This document shows positions 1 through 8,391 of a stretch of DNA of 64,000 nucleotides, piece by piece; positions within the stretch are counted from its first letter, which is position 1, and each line of letters starts with the position of its first letter. Position numbers and translations under genes: made by a program. The notes beneath the pieces are model-generated. The model saw only the letters and a program-made list of their open reading frames with translations. It was not told the origin of the DNA and made no database searches. Source of the DNA: Candidatus Parcubacteria bacterium (GTDB lineage: Bacteria; Patescibacteriota; Minisyncoccia; Phycocordibacterales; UBA2100); the NCBI GenBank assembly GCA_003599295.1, contig QZJK01000006.1, positions 14,681 through 78,680 on the forward strand, in the 5' to 3' direction.

Positions 1-52
1 AGTACGCACGATTCGGGTTCGTGTAGACCGGGTTCGATTCCCGGCGGCCCGA
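1..52 (+). tRNA. tRNA-Pro(CGG), 5' end outside window
   Basis: T-arm ccggg/ttcgatt/cccgg. Anticodon stem cacga/tcgtg with loop ttCGGgt. 3' acceptor cggcccg then discriminator A, which implies a C1:G72 pair typical of bacterial tRNA-Pro. Confidence 0.55.
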
Positions 53-55
53 TAA

Positions 56-126
56 CGGGATGTCGTATAGTGGTAGTACGCAAGCATGGGGTGCTTGTAG
101 CCCGAGTTCGATTCTCGGCATCCCGA
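56..126 (+). tRNA. tRNA-Pro(GGG)
   Basis: Acceptor cgggatg/catcccg (C1:G72). U8, D-loop with GG, anticodon stem caagc/gcttg with loop atGGGgt (G37). T-arm ccgag/ttcgatt/ctcgg. Folded by hand. Confidence 0.6.
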
Positions 127-298
127 ACGAACGAAGTGAGAGAGGGATGAGCGAAGCCGCGCTTCGCGTCCGAGTCGCATGTCCCCGTGGAGGAAGGAAT
201 GGGAAACCGAAAGGTGTCCCAGACGGGGGTCGGGGGCATGGGCTCGGTGTCCCGAACGTAGACGCATGTTTTTTGCTAGTGTATTCTGTGCGTGCTTA

Positions 299-369
299 GG
301 GCTTATAGTAAAGTGGCATTACGCGGCATTCGCATTGCCGAGTCCCGGGTTCGATTCCCGGTAAGTCCA
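299..369 (+). tRNA. tRNA-Ala(CGC)
   Basis: Acceptor gggctta/taagtcc gives a G3:U70 wobble, the Ala identity element. D-stem gtaa/ttac. Anticodon stem cggca/tgccg with loop ttCGCat. T-arm ccggg/ttcgatt/cccgg. Confidence 0.65.
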
Positions 370-415
370 CAAACAGCATTCCATTCGCGCCTTTTTCTGC
401 TATACTGCTTTCCTA

Positions 416-1372
416 ATGGACTACCGCGTCTTCAGCCTTGGCTCGAATGACGGTCTCGCGACGAAGATCGCAGAAACGCTGGGAATGCCGCTGGGCCAAG
501 TGAAGTGCAGAGCGTTCTCCGACGGCGAACAGCACGTGCAGTTCCTCGAAAATCTTCGCGGCAAGAATATCTTTCTCATTCAGTCGACGAATCCTCCGGC
601 GGAGAATTGGATACGGCTTCTTCTTGCGATAGATGCGGCACGTGGCGCTTCTGCCCGCGAAATAACCGCAGTCATACCATACTTCGGCTACTCACGGCAG
701 GATAGGAAAGCTCGACCGCGCGAACCGATTTCCGCGCGGATGTTCGCGGAGGCCCTCGAATCCGTCGGCGCGAACCGCATTCTTACGATGGACCTTCACA
801 ATGACGCCATCGGCGGTTTTTTCCGCGAGGCGAACGTAGACTATCTGTACGCGCGGCCGGTATTTCTCAACTATTTCCGCGATTATTTCAAAGAAGCGCT
901 CAAAAAAGATGACCTAGTCGTCGTATCACCGGATGCCGGAGGCACTGTTCGCGCCCAATCCTATGCGCGGCGTCTTATGAAATCCGCAGACCTCGCCATC
1001 ATCCACAAGGAGCGAGAGATACCCAACAAAGTCGCGCGCATGAAGCTCGCCGGAGACGTGAAAGGAAAAATTGCACTCATCGTGGACGATATGGCGGACA
1101 CCTGCGGCACCTTGGCGCGCGCAGTTGAACTGCTCGTCGAAAACGGCGCAACGGAAGTTTACGCGGCCGCGACGCACGGCATTCTTTCGGGAGACGCGAT
1201 ACAAACGTTGGAGTCTTCCGCCATTAAACGCGTCTTTATCACTGACACAGTGTCCACCGACCGCGAACTTGGTTCGAAAGTGGAAGTCGTATCAGTGGGA
1301 AAGACCTTCGGAGAAGCAATAGACCGTATCGAAAGCGGCGAATCTTTAAGCGCATTGTTTGAAACGGAGTAG
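416..1372 (+). CDS. prs: ribose-phosphate pyrophosphokinase
   Basis: 318-aa ORF with a typical Prs N-terminus (MDYRVFSLGSN...IAETLG...FSDGE) and a PRPP-binding region (IALIVDDMADTCGT). Confidence 0.9.
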   Translation: MDYRVFSLGSNDGLATKIAETLGMPLGQVKCRAFSDGEQHVQFLENLRGKNIFLIQSTNPPAENWIRLLLAIDAARGASAREITAVIPYFGYSRQDRKARPREPISARMFAEALESVGANRILTMDLHNDAIGGFFREANVDYLYARPVFLNYFRDYFKEALKKDDLVVVSPDAGGTVRAQSYARRLMKSADLAIIHKEREIPNKVARMKLAGDVKGKIALIVDDMADTCGTLARAVELLVENGATEVYAAATHGILSGDAIQTLESSAIKRVFITDTVSTDRELGSKVEVVSVGKTFGEAIDRIESGESLSALFETE

Positions 1373-1593
1373 GAACACTCGGGGTATTGTCCCCACAGAA
1401 CCCGGATGCGCTTTCCCGCGAAGCGCATCCTTAGGTTCGACGCTCGGCTCGCGCTTCGCGCGAGGCCAAGCCCTCGCGTCTGCACAGGTTCCGCACGGAC
1501 AATACCCCTCGCTTGGAGTTGGAAGGGGAACGTCCCAGATGCTTTAATTGCGCGTCTGAGAAAAACGCGTAATTATGAGCGCGTGCGATACAC

Positions 1594-1665
1594 GCTCCCA
1601 TAGTTTAATGGATAGAACGTAAGCTTCCGGAGCTTATGATCGAGGTTCGATTCCTCGTGGGAGCA
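1594..1665 (+). tRNA. tRNA-Arg(CCG)
   Basis: Acceptor gctccca/tgggagc. D-arm tagtttaatggatagaac. Anticodon stem taagc/gctta with loop ttCCGga. T-arm gaggttcgattcctc. Confidence 0.65.
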
Positions 1666-1725
1666 CACGAATACAGTGAGTACCGTAAGCAAGTCCTCGT
1701 TTTGAACGTCTGTTATACTATACAT

Positions 1726-2190
1726 ATGACGAAAACATGGCTTCTCTTGGGTTTAGCGCTCCTTCTCGCGATAGTCGCGGGGTTTCTTTTGTCTCTGCCT
1801 TCACAAACTCCAAGTGGCGAGGTTTCCGCCATTTCTACATTTGAGGAATGTGCCGCGGCAGGCTACCCAATCATGGAATCGTATCCGGAGCAATGCATGA
1901 CGCCTGATGGCCGCACGTTCACTCGAGACATTTCAGGGGTGGGCGGTGGAGAGGACATAACATTCAACGGTTGCGCGGTCGCGGGTTGCAGCGGACAACT
2001 CTGTGTTTCGGCGGAAGAGGCTGAAGGCATTTTCACGACGTGCGAATTTCGACCGGAATATGCATGCTATAGAGAAGCTTCATGCGAGCCGCAAGCTAAC
2101 GGAAAATGCGGTTGGACGGAAACAGCTGAGCTCCGGCAATGCCTCGCGAATCCTCCAGCACTTGATGATAGTGAACCGCAGGTTTACTGA
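1726..2190 (+). CDS. cysteine-rich secreted/membrane-anchored hypothetical protein
   Basis: The ORF-track start at 1636 overlaps tRNA-Arg. The internal Met (MTKTWLLLGLALLLAIVAGF) gives a signal/anchor helix, followed by 8 Cys in about 120 aa. Confidence 0.45.
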   Translation: MTKTWLLLGLALLLAIVAGFLLSLPSQTPSGEVSAISTFEECAAAGYPIMESYPEQCMTPDGRTFTRDISGVGGGEDITFNGCAVAGCSGQLCVSAEEAEGIFTTCEFRPEYACYREASCEPQANGKCGWTETAELRQCLANPPALDDSEPQVY

Positions 2191-2340
2191 CGACGTAGAG
2201 CGAGTGAAATGCAAATGTACTCATTTGCATTTCCGAGCCGAGGAGACAGAAACTGGCGTAAACGTGATTGCGCTTTTGCGCAGGGAGTGCATTCCGACCC
2301 GCAGGGTCAACGCCCTGTGGTGTCGGAATGAGCCAGTTTA

Positions 2341-4014
2341 CTAAAGTCGGCACATTTTGTTAGGATGGGTCGCGCAGGGCCCATAGTATAGCGGTAGAAC
2401 GGTTCCATGGCATGGAACAGGTCGGGGTTCGACTCCCCGTGGGTCCACATCGTAGGAGTTGGTAGTTACCAACTCATTAAATAACCTTGTACTGCTTAGC
2501 GAATGAGCGGTTCGATAACCCTCATTTTGGAAATAGGGCAATTTTCCATCAAACAGGAAGAAAAAGAGCCGCTGCTTTTCGTAAGCAGTGACACTTTTCC
2601 ATATACTTACAGGGTTATTGAGAAGCCCCGTCGCCTTTTCGAGAGCGGTTCGATAAGGTACGCCAGGGTCATCATTTGCACCCATTCTGGCCTCGATACT
2701 GTCGACCTCTTTGGCCGTAGTCTCCATCTCTTTCTCGTACTCTCTCCTCACAGTGTCTGAGGACGTCTTCCGTGCCAGCTCAGCGAGCTGCTTAATCTTC
2801 TTTTTGAGATCGTCCGCACGCTCTTGCATAAGTGTCTTATTCCATTCGACATTGCGTAGCTCTTGTGCCCAAACACGATCAAATACAGTCGCAACAACCT
2901 GCCCAACATCTTGCTTGAGAGCCGTACCTGCGAGAAGTAGTATGAAATTATCCTCAACCTCCTGCTTGTGAAGCATTTTGCTATAGCGTGCACAGACTTT
3001 GTTCTGGCAGTAGTAATATCCATATCTCGCGCTGCGCCCTTTAGACCACGCCCCCGTTAACGGTTTGCCACAATCGCTGCAAACGACCAGCGACCTCATC
3101 GGGAAGTCCTCCGACGTTGTTCTACGAACTTTTCCCCGAATACTATCCTTGTTCAGCCGCTTTAGTATCTGCGCGTGCATTTCGGGCGAGATGATACCTT
3201 GATGCTTGCCTTTGCCGCGAGGTACCTTCCACGGTTTATATTCGATGTCACCGCAGAAGAAACAATCTTCGAGTAACTCGCGTGTTTGTGTGATGCATTT
3301 ATCCGGAGAGCGACCCTTCCAGAATCCGCGCTCTACGAGGAAACGGGCGACATCAATTTGCCGCGCAAGATTGCCGGTAGCAAAGCCTTCGAGTGCTTCT
3401 TTGACCACTCCGAGCCCTTCTTTGTTTGGCACTGAGAATTTCCCATGCAGAGGGTTCTTCACCATGTCGTATCCACGTTTCTTTTTGAAGGGCCAATAGC
3501 CCAGCTCGAGACGAGCTTTCATTTTTTGAATCACTTGGCGTCGGTTCTGGAGTCGTTCGAGCTTTGCCTGTGCTGCAAATATGGTCTCGGCGAACTCTCC
3601 TTCGGGTGAGTCATCGAAGCTGTAGTTGAGACAGTGCAGTAAAACATCTCTCGCCTTGAACGCTGCTCGGAGTTTGAAGTGGAACTCTGTATCGCGAGCG
3701 AACCGTTTGAGATCATCGAAAATCACCAAGAATTTTTGATGCGGGTTTGCGTCTATGTAGTCCAGCATCTCTTTCATTGCAGGGCGTCGCATGAAATCGC
3801 CGCCTCCGGTGAAGCTGTCCGGAAAGGTTGCCTCGTAAGGCACACGCAGTCGATGCTCTAGCTCGTCTTTGCATCGTCCCTCCTGGCTCTGGAGTCCTGT
3901 GCCTTCGGATTCCTGTCGCTTGCTTGATACCCGGACATACACGAGACCGATTCTTCCTTCGTATGGCGAAGTAGTACTGGGGACGACTGTTTCATTTTCT
4001 GTTTTATTCACCAT
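2341..4014 (-). CDS. large serine recombinase (resolvase/invertase N-domain, recombinase domain, zinc ribbon, coiled coil)
   Basis: N-domain GLVYVRVSSKRQ with catalytic Ser. Zn-ribbon CSDCGKPL...YYYCQNKVC. Coiled-coil E/K-rich segment. The start was chosen at MVNKTEN; Met codons up to 4128 are possible. The in-frame C-terminal tail (about 35 aa) is encoded antisense across tRNA-Ala(GGC). Confidence 0.8.
   Translation of the reverse strand: MVNKTENETVVPSTTSPYEGRIGLVYVRVSSKRQESEGTGLQSQEGRCKDELEHRLRVPYEATFPDSFTGGGDFMRRPAMKEMLDYIDANPHQKFLVIFDDLKRFARDTEFHFKLRAAFKARDVLLHCLNYSFDDSPEGEFAETIFAAQAKLERLQNRRQVIQKMKARLELGYWPFKKKRGYDMVKNPLHGKFSVPNKEGLGVVKEALEGFATGNLARQIDVARFLVERGFWKGRSPDKCITQTRELLEDCFFCGDIEYKPWKVPRGKGKHQGIISPEMHAQILKRLNKDSIRGKVRRTTSEDFPMRSLVVCSDCGKPLTGAWSKGRSARYGYYYCQNKVCARYSKMLHKQEVEDNFILLLAGTALKQDVGQVVATVFDRVWAQELRNVEWNKTLMQERADDLKKKIKQLAELARKTSSDTVRREYEKEMETTAKEVDSIEARMGANDDPGVPYRTALEKATGLLNNPVSIWKSVTAYEKQRLFFFLFDGKLPYFQNEGYRTAHSLSSTRLFNELVTTNSYDVDPRGVEPRPVPCHGTVLPLYYGPCATHPNKMCRL
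2377..2447 (+). tRNA. tRNA-Ala(GGC)
   Basis: Acceptor gggccca/tgggtcc with G3:U70. Anticodon stem gttcc/ggaac with loop atGGCat. T-arm cgggg/ttcgact/ccccg. Confidence 0.65.
2458..2473. repeat. perfect palindrome gttggta-GT-taccaac, 11 bp after the tRNA-Ala 3' end; candidate serine-recombinase crossover core
   Basis: Read directly from the sequence: 7-bp arms around a central dinucleotide. It lies inside the recombinase ORF tail. Confidence 0.3.
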
Positions 4015-4270
4015 ACGGTCGTAGTTCATCTCTAATAATACTCCTGCAAACGTTCTCGACATACCAAAGCCTTCTGGATATAAGGTCATCGGGTGTTGTC
4101 TCGTCGCACAGTAGACGGCGATACTCATGGACGGACATGACAGTATCGCCGCTTCCTACAGTGCTAATAACGAGACCGTATACGACTGCAATAATCGTTG
4201 CGTCCGACACCGACACTGTGTCGTGAACAAATACCGCGATAGTCCTATTTTCTTCTGTCTTTGTGTTCAT
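4004..4270 (-). CDS. small hypothetical protein upstream of the recombinase (possible directionality factor or leader)
   Basis: 88-aa ORF filling the gap between the 4289..4816 gene and the recombinase start. No recognisable motif. Confidence 0.2.
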   Translation of the reverse strand: MNTKTEENRTIAVFVHDTVSVSDATIIAVVYGLVISTVGSGDTVMSVHEYRRLLCDETTPDDLISRRLWYVENVCRSIIRDELRPYGE

Positions 4271-4288
4271 ACGGTCTCCGTGTCGTGT

Positions 4289-4816
4289 TTAGGTTTTGAC
4301 TCCGCCCCCTTGGTCGTTTTGACCCCGATTCTGGTACGCCTCGAGGGGTTTCGTGTGGACATACAGTTGCGCCAGGATCGACCTTTTCTCTTCCTGCGCA
4401 TAGTCGTCTTTATCGACCAGTTTTTTGAACCATCGCCGAATCAGATCGGGGTGGAAGTTCTGCCCAAGAATCGTGAGGGCGAAGTTTAAATAAGTGCTGT
4501 GGTTAGGGCGCTCACGTTCGAGCGCTGCAAACCGGCGTTCAATGCTTCTCATACGAGTTGTTTTATGACCGAGTAATGTCGCACGATTTGGTATTTCATA
4601 TTCATTTGCGCCATTACTTCCCGAGAACGACAAAAGGAGCACGCGCCTTCCGACGTGCTCCTCCGCATTCCCGCCCAACAAAAAACCCGAAAGCGACCGG
4701 CGAATGTCGATTCCGTATGGTGTACGAAGAGAATCGCCAACCGCTTTCGAGCGGCTTGTTCGGATTACCGACACATGATCCTCGTACACCATGTATCCAT
4801 CCTCTCTAAGTACCAA
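4289..4816 (-). CDS. hypothetical protein (element cargo)
   Basis: 175-aa ORF co-oriented with the recombinase. No recognisable domain. Confidence 0.4.
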   Translation of the reverse strand: MVLREDGYMVYEDHVSVIRTSRSKAVGDSLRTPYGIDIRRSLSGFLLGGNAEEHVGRRVLLLSFSGSNGANEYEIPNRATLLGHKTTRMRSIERRFAALERERPNHSTYLNFALTILGQNFHPDLIRRWFKKLVDKDDYAQEEKRSILAQLYVHTKPLEAYQNRGQNDQGGGVKT

Positions 4817-5022
4817 ACCCTAAATCGGCATTGCTTTGTGGATAACTCTCGCCGCTACTATCCCACAATAGGCCGCCTCCCGATGCTGTAAAAAATGCCC
4901 GGGTCTGAACGTATACGGTATCTTATGATTCCTTTTTGAGGCCGGAGTCCCACCCAAACCACCCCCACCCCAATGTCTCAGTAGGACTGGATGTGTGCAT
5001 TACCAGATAACGATGCACACCT

Positions 5023-5247
5023 ATGTACATTCAAGTACTACACCGCGAAGTGTGGTGCGACGTGGAGGGCAACTACGTGCCCACAGATGAGATTGTCGCG
5101 TACCGGGCGTTTAGTGAGGATGGTTTGATATTCGGTTACGGAGAGACCAAGGAGGAGGCAGAGGCCTGTCTGCAGCGTATTTTGTGGCGTATCGAACACC
5201 CCCTTGGTCCAAAATACCCTTGTCCTGCAAAGCCCTTGACACCTTGA
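5023..5247 (+). CDS. small HicB-like/UPF0150-like protein (weak)
   Basis: 74 aa. The pattern ...FSEDGLIFGYGETKEEAEACLQRIL resembles the HicB antitoxin fold signature. No HicA partner was identified. Confidence 0.3.
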   Translation: MYIQVLHREVWCDVEGNYVPTDEIVAYRAFSEDGLIFGYGETKEEAEACLQRILWRIEHPLGPKYPCPAKPLTP

Positions 5248-5315
5248 CTTTCTTATTGTTTGGGTGTACAATAAACACCGAGGAAGTCCTTTCACAGCAA
5301 TGGGAGAACGAGACT

Positions 5316-5813
5316 ATGGCCATTTCCACTTTGGCATTCATTGACTTCACCACCGCGGTGAAGCCCACCATCCACGATTTCTATCGATGGCAAGCGAAGG
5401 GTTTCGACGGCTTCGTCGGAACTTCAAGCCAATGCAGTCTGGAACTTCACAAGCCTGGCGGCAAATACTGGTGCACGTTGCACAATGGCATGTGGCACTA
5501 CGAAGGGGCAGCAGGTCGGCTCTTCGCTGCCGCACCTGTTGTGCCGATTTTCGCTGAGCTTGGTGAAGCGCAGGTGCACATGGTTCGGGGCGCTTTCGGC
5601 AAGTTCGTCGGCGGCAACGCTGTCACGGACTATCTCGCCAAGGAGACCGAGGCCGTCACCCGTATCCTCGAGATGGTGAGCAAATTCGAGGAGTTGTCCG
5701 GCGTAGCGTACTTGGAGGACGAGCGCGAGCGTCTGGCGCAAAAGCTGCTCCACGAACTGGCCCACAAGCCGGAGCACGAGCACTATCTCGACAAGCTCGC
5801 CAAAGCCGCCTGA
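5316..5813 (+). CDS. hypothetical protein in a high-GC patch
   Basis: Start MAISTLAF. Strongly GC-biased third codon positions, about 60% GC versus about 55% in flanking DNA. No known motif. Confidence 0.4.
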   Translation: MAISTLAFIDFTTAVKPTIHDFYRWQAKGFDGFVGTSSQCSLELHKPGGKYWCTLHNGMWHYEGAAGRLFAAAPVVPIFAELGEAQVHMVRGAFGKFVGGNAVTDYLAKETEAVTRILEMVSKFEELSGVAYLEDERERLAQKLLHELAHKPEHEHYLDKLAKAA

Positions 5814-5922
5814 GCGTCAGGCAAACCGAATTGGGAGGACGGTCATTTCCTCCCCTCTACTGAGATGACGACCCCAGCGTCGAAGTCTCTGCGAGATAGC
5901 ACATTCACATCAGCAAGGGAGA

Positions 5923-6462
5923 ATGCCAATGTTTGTCGACCACCCACCGGTGCCGAACTGTCCTGCACGTCAGGTCATCGTCATCGAGGAAAAGGACAAG
6001 CCTTATACCATCCTCTTCGTCGACCAAGTGGTCGAGAAGGCTCGAATGTTCGACGCCACCTCGCGTGACGCCGACAATGACGAGATCTTCTGGATCGTCT
6101 ACGGCAACGAGCCTCGGCGCGTCTGGGACATGACCGAATCGGCGTTGCGCAGCTCGCTGCGTCGCCCGAAGTCGGAGCGTTTGCCGAAGGAGCAGTTGCT
6201 CGCAATGGGCGACGATGCACCGCTCGGCGAAATCCTGGAATCATTCGAGTACGGCAGCAACCTGGACAACTTCGCTCGGCGCGAAATGCCGAGGGTCTGT
6301 CGTGAGCTCGAGGTCAACACGCTTGGCCAACTCCGGCAGCATAAACGCGCCGAGATCAGGGGGCCGCAGTGCTGCAGGGCTGGCCAAAGGACCCTGTCGT
6401 ACCTCGACGCCGTCCTGCGCGAGTTCGGCAAGCCCGATCTGCGCTACTACGAAAACGCCTGA
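5923..6462 (+). CDS. hypothetical protein with a C-terminal helix-hairpin-helix-like segment
   Basis: 179 aa. C-terminus ...LEVNTLGQL...AGQRTLSYLDAVLREFG resembles an RNAP alpha-CTD/HhH pattern. High GC. Confidence 0.35.
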   Translation: MPMFVDHPPVPNCPARQVIVIEEKDKPYTILFVDQVVEKARMFDATSRDADNDEIFWIVYGNEPRRVWDMTESALRSSLRRPKSERLPKEQLLAMGDDAPLGEILESFEYGSNLDNFARREMPRVCRELEVNTLGQLRQHKRAEIRGPQCCRAGQRTLSYLDAVLREFGKPDLRYYENA

Positions 6463-6612
6463 CGCCGAAGGAGGAACCAATGGCGCTCATTCGTGCCCCG
6501 CCCACTTCGAGACCACCCCTGAAAAGGTGGTCTCTTTTTTATTTACATACGCCTCTTTGGTCATGGAGCGCTTGCTTTCCAAGGCTCTAAAAAAGGAGTA
6601 GTCTGGCCTCAA

Positions 6613-7749
6613 ATGGACTATCGCGAAATCCGGGAATACCAAATAAAACAACTGGCAAAGAATGTCGCCGAGACACCGTGGCTTATCCTGCCCGGAGAGA
6701 ATAAGCTTACCCGCCGTGCTGTGAAGCTTAGTTTTATTAAAAGCCATACCGACCCCGATAAATTCGTAGGCGTCCATGCGGAGGTTCTATTTCAGAAGCG
6801 TAAAAACCAGAGGGAGCCGTGGCCCGCTCGGTTCGTAAATCTCACAAAGGTTCCCTCAGACTTCGGATTTAGGTTCGCTTTAGACTCAGCACAGACATAC
6901 GAACTCGCACAGGCGTTACAAGATGCTTACCCCATAGGTAGCGAAAAATTATCCTCCGGCAAGCGCACGGTGTTGCGCGGTATTGGCAAGGACGAGCTGG
7001 TGATCACGGATAAGAATAAGGTGGAGGCTCTCCAGCAACTCTCGAAGGTTCTTACAGAGGAAGACATAAATAAATGGATCAAGGAGAACTTGCACGCGCT
7101 CTCTGCAGATCTCGCACTTGCCCGTCTTTATCATGAGCGCAAGGCGAAAGTGGAGGAGTTTAGGAAAGCGCTCGAGCGAGATGAGGACGAAAACTTTTGG
7201 CAAAGGTTCCTCAAAGAGAACGACTGGATGTTTGGCACCGCGTGCGTGGAGATACTGAGCGAACGACGGCTCGGCATCCATCACACCACAGATTTTCCTC
7301 TCAAGACCCATGGCGGGTTTATGGATATTGTTGAAATAAAGCGTCCCGGGCTTTCTTTCTGGACTATGGCCAAGAGTGGAGGTCACTACAAGTACCGCAA
7401 CAAGTTCCTAATACCGCATCCCGAACTACAAGGTGCTCTTGCCCAAACCACGAAATATATTTTGCAGGCAGAGAAAAAGGTAAACGATAAGGAGTACATT
7501 GACGATCATGACGGTGTAATTCCACTCAAACCACGAGGCATTGTAGTGCACGGTAGAAGTAATAAATGGGGCGAGGAGGAATGGGAGGCTTTCCGCTTGC
7601 TTAATGACGAGATGCATACGGTTCAGATTCTGACCTTCGACCACCTACTCGCACAAGCCGACCGTATGCTCGCAGTAATGCAGGTGAAAGACGAGAATCC
7701 TCCACTAGAGGAGGTGGAGGATATTAACCCCGATGATATTCCGTTTTAA
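6613..7749 (+). CDS. Shedu-like (DUF4263) PD-(D/E)xK nuclease, putative anti-phage defence protein
   Basis: C-terminal half carries FWQRFLKENDWMFG, then TDFPLKTHGGFMDIVEIKRP (D...E.K catalytic motif), then VQILTFDHLL. These match the DUF4263 signature pattern recalled from Shedu SduA. Confidence 0.5.
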   Translation: MDYREIREYQIKQLAKNVAETPWLILPGENKLTRRAVKLSFIKSHTDPDKFVGVHAEVLFQKRKNQREPWPARFVNLTKVPSDFGFRFALDSAQTYELAQALQDAYPIGSEKLSSGKRTVLRGIGKDELVITDKNKVEALQQLSKVLTEEDINKWIKENLHALSADLALARLYHERKAKVEEFRKALERDEDENFWQRFLKENDWMFGTACVEILSERRLGIHHTTDFPLKTHGGFMDIVEIKRPGLSFWTMAKSGGHYKYRNKFLIPHPELQGALAQTTKYILQAEKKVNDKEYIDDHDGVIPLKPRGIVVHGRSNKWGEEEWEAFRLLNDEMHTVQILTFDHLLAQADRMLAVMQVKDENPPLEEVEDINPDDIPF

Positions 7750-8013
7750 TGCCCGTCCGAAGAATCGGATCAAAATCCCTGAAAACAGAGAATTTGCCAC
7801 CCCCAGGTCTTGTACTCCCCATATCTAATACCTGCTATGTGGTAATACCTTGTGGCGTTCATGGCTCCGCTGCAAGCAATTCCTGCAAATGAGGGGAAGC
7901 CTGGTAATGACCCCAGAACCGAGAAAGATAGGTTTTAGTGCGGTTCAATATTTGATACGCTGAGTCCACAGAACTACATCAAGTGCGACATGGCGTATGG
8001 TACCCTATAACGA

Positions 8014-8352
8014 ATGAAGGGAGAGGGAATGCATCATCTGCATCTGCGGAAACGCGTCTACAAAAAACTGGAGCCGTATCCGCATCCTGTAGCGTGGAAG
8101 CGCTATCTCGACTATTTAATGTATGTGGTTGCTATCGTTGCTCCTATCGCCCTTGTGCCCCAAGTCTGGAGCGTGTATGCGACAAAGAACGTTTCCGGTC
8201 TCGTTGTCGCGCCATGGATACTGCTCGGCGCCATGCACATACTATGGGCATTCTACGGAACGATACATCGCGAATTGCCGCTCGTGGTGACTTCAGTTCT
8301 CTTTGCCTGCATGAACTTCAGCCTCCTTATCGGCATTTTGCTCTTCAGATAA
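8014..8352 (+). CDS. PQ-loop (SemiSWEET-like) small membrane protein
   Basis: 112 aa with 3 predicted TM helices. PQ motif in TM1 (LVPQVWSVYATKNVSGL). Confidence 0.4.
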   Translation: MKGEGMHHLHLRKRVYKKLEPYPHPVAWKRYLDYLMYVVAIVAPIALVPQVWSVYATKNVSGLVVAPWILLGAMHILWAFYGTIHRELPLVVTSVLFACMNFSLLIGILLFR

Positions 8353-8391
8353 GCACACTTTGACTGGGTACGAGAATGCTAGAATAACGAT

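Larger units (their letters stand above)
2448..7760. mobile_element. integrated element at tRNA-Ala(GGC) 3' end; right boundary uncertain (7750-8010 or further)
   Basis: The recombinase abuts the tRNA 3' end. The cargo is mosaic in GC and includes a Shedu-like nuclease. No clean direct repeat of the tRNA 3' end was found. Confidence 0.4.

Noticed and set aside
183-228. Possible SRP (4.5S) RNA domain IV in the tRNA spacer
   Set aside because: The GNRA-capped helix with an A/G-rich internal loop is suggestive. But the conserved AGCA/GGAA arrangement of SRP RNA is on the wrong side or absent, so it is left as an unassigned structured RNA.
60-364. Six-frame ORFs 60..299 and 179..364 overlapping the tRNA-Pro / tRNA-Ala cluster
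   Set aside because: They run through tRNA genes and a GC-rich structured spacer. Composition and context indicate non-coding RNA, not protein.
2341-2447. Treating the recombinase C-terminal tail as an annotation artefact
   Set aside because: The frame is continuous through the tRNA on the opposite strand with no stop until 2341. It was kept as real but flagged, since att sites within integrase 3' ends are known for other integrase families.
4655-4891. Possible HicA toxin partner for the HicB-like ORF
   Set aside because: The 78-aa plus-strand ORF overlaps the minus-strand 4289..4816 gene and lacks HicA motifs. No toxin partner could be supported.
7750-8010. Right-hand att site of the tRNA-Ala element
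   Set aside because: Only weak similarities to the tRNA-proximal region (cttgtact, gtccaca) were seen. This is insufficient to call a boundary.
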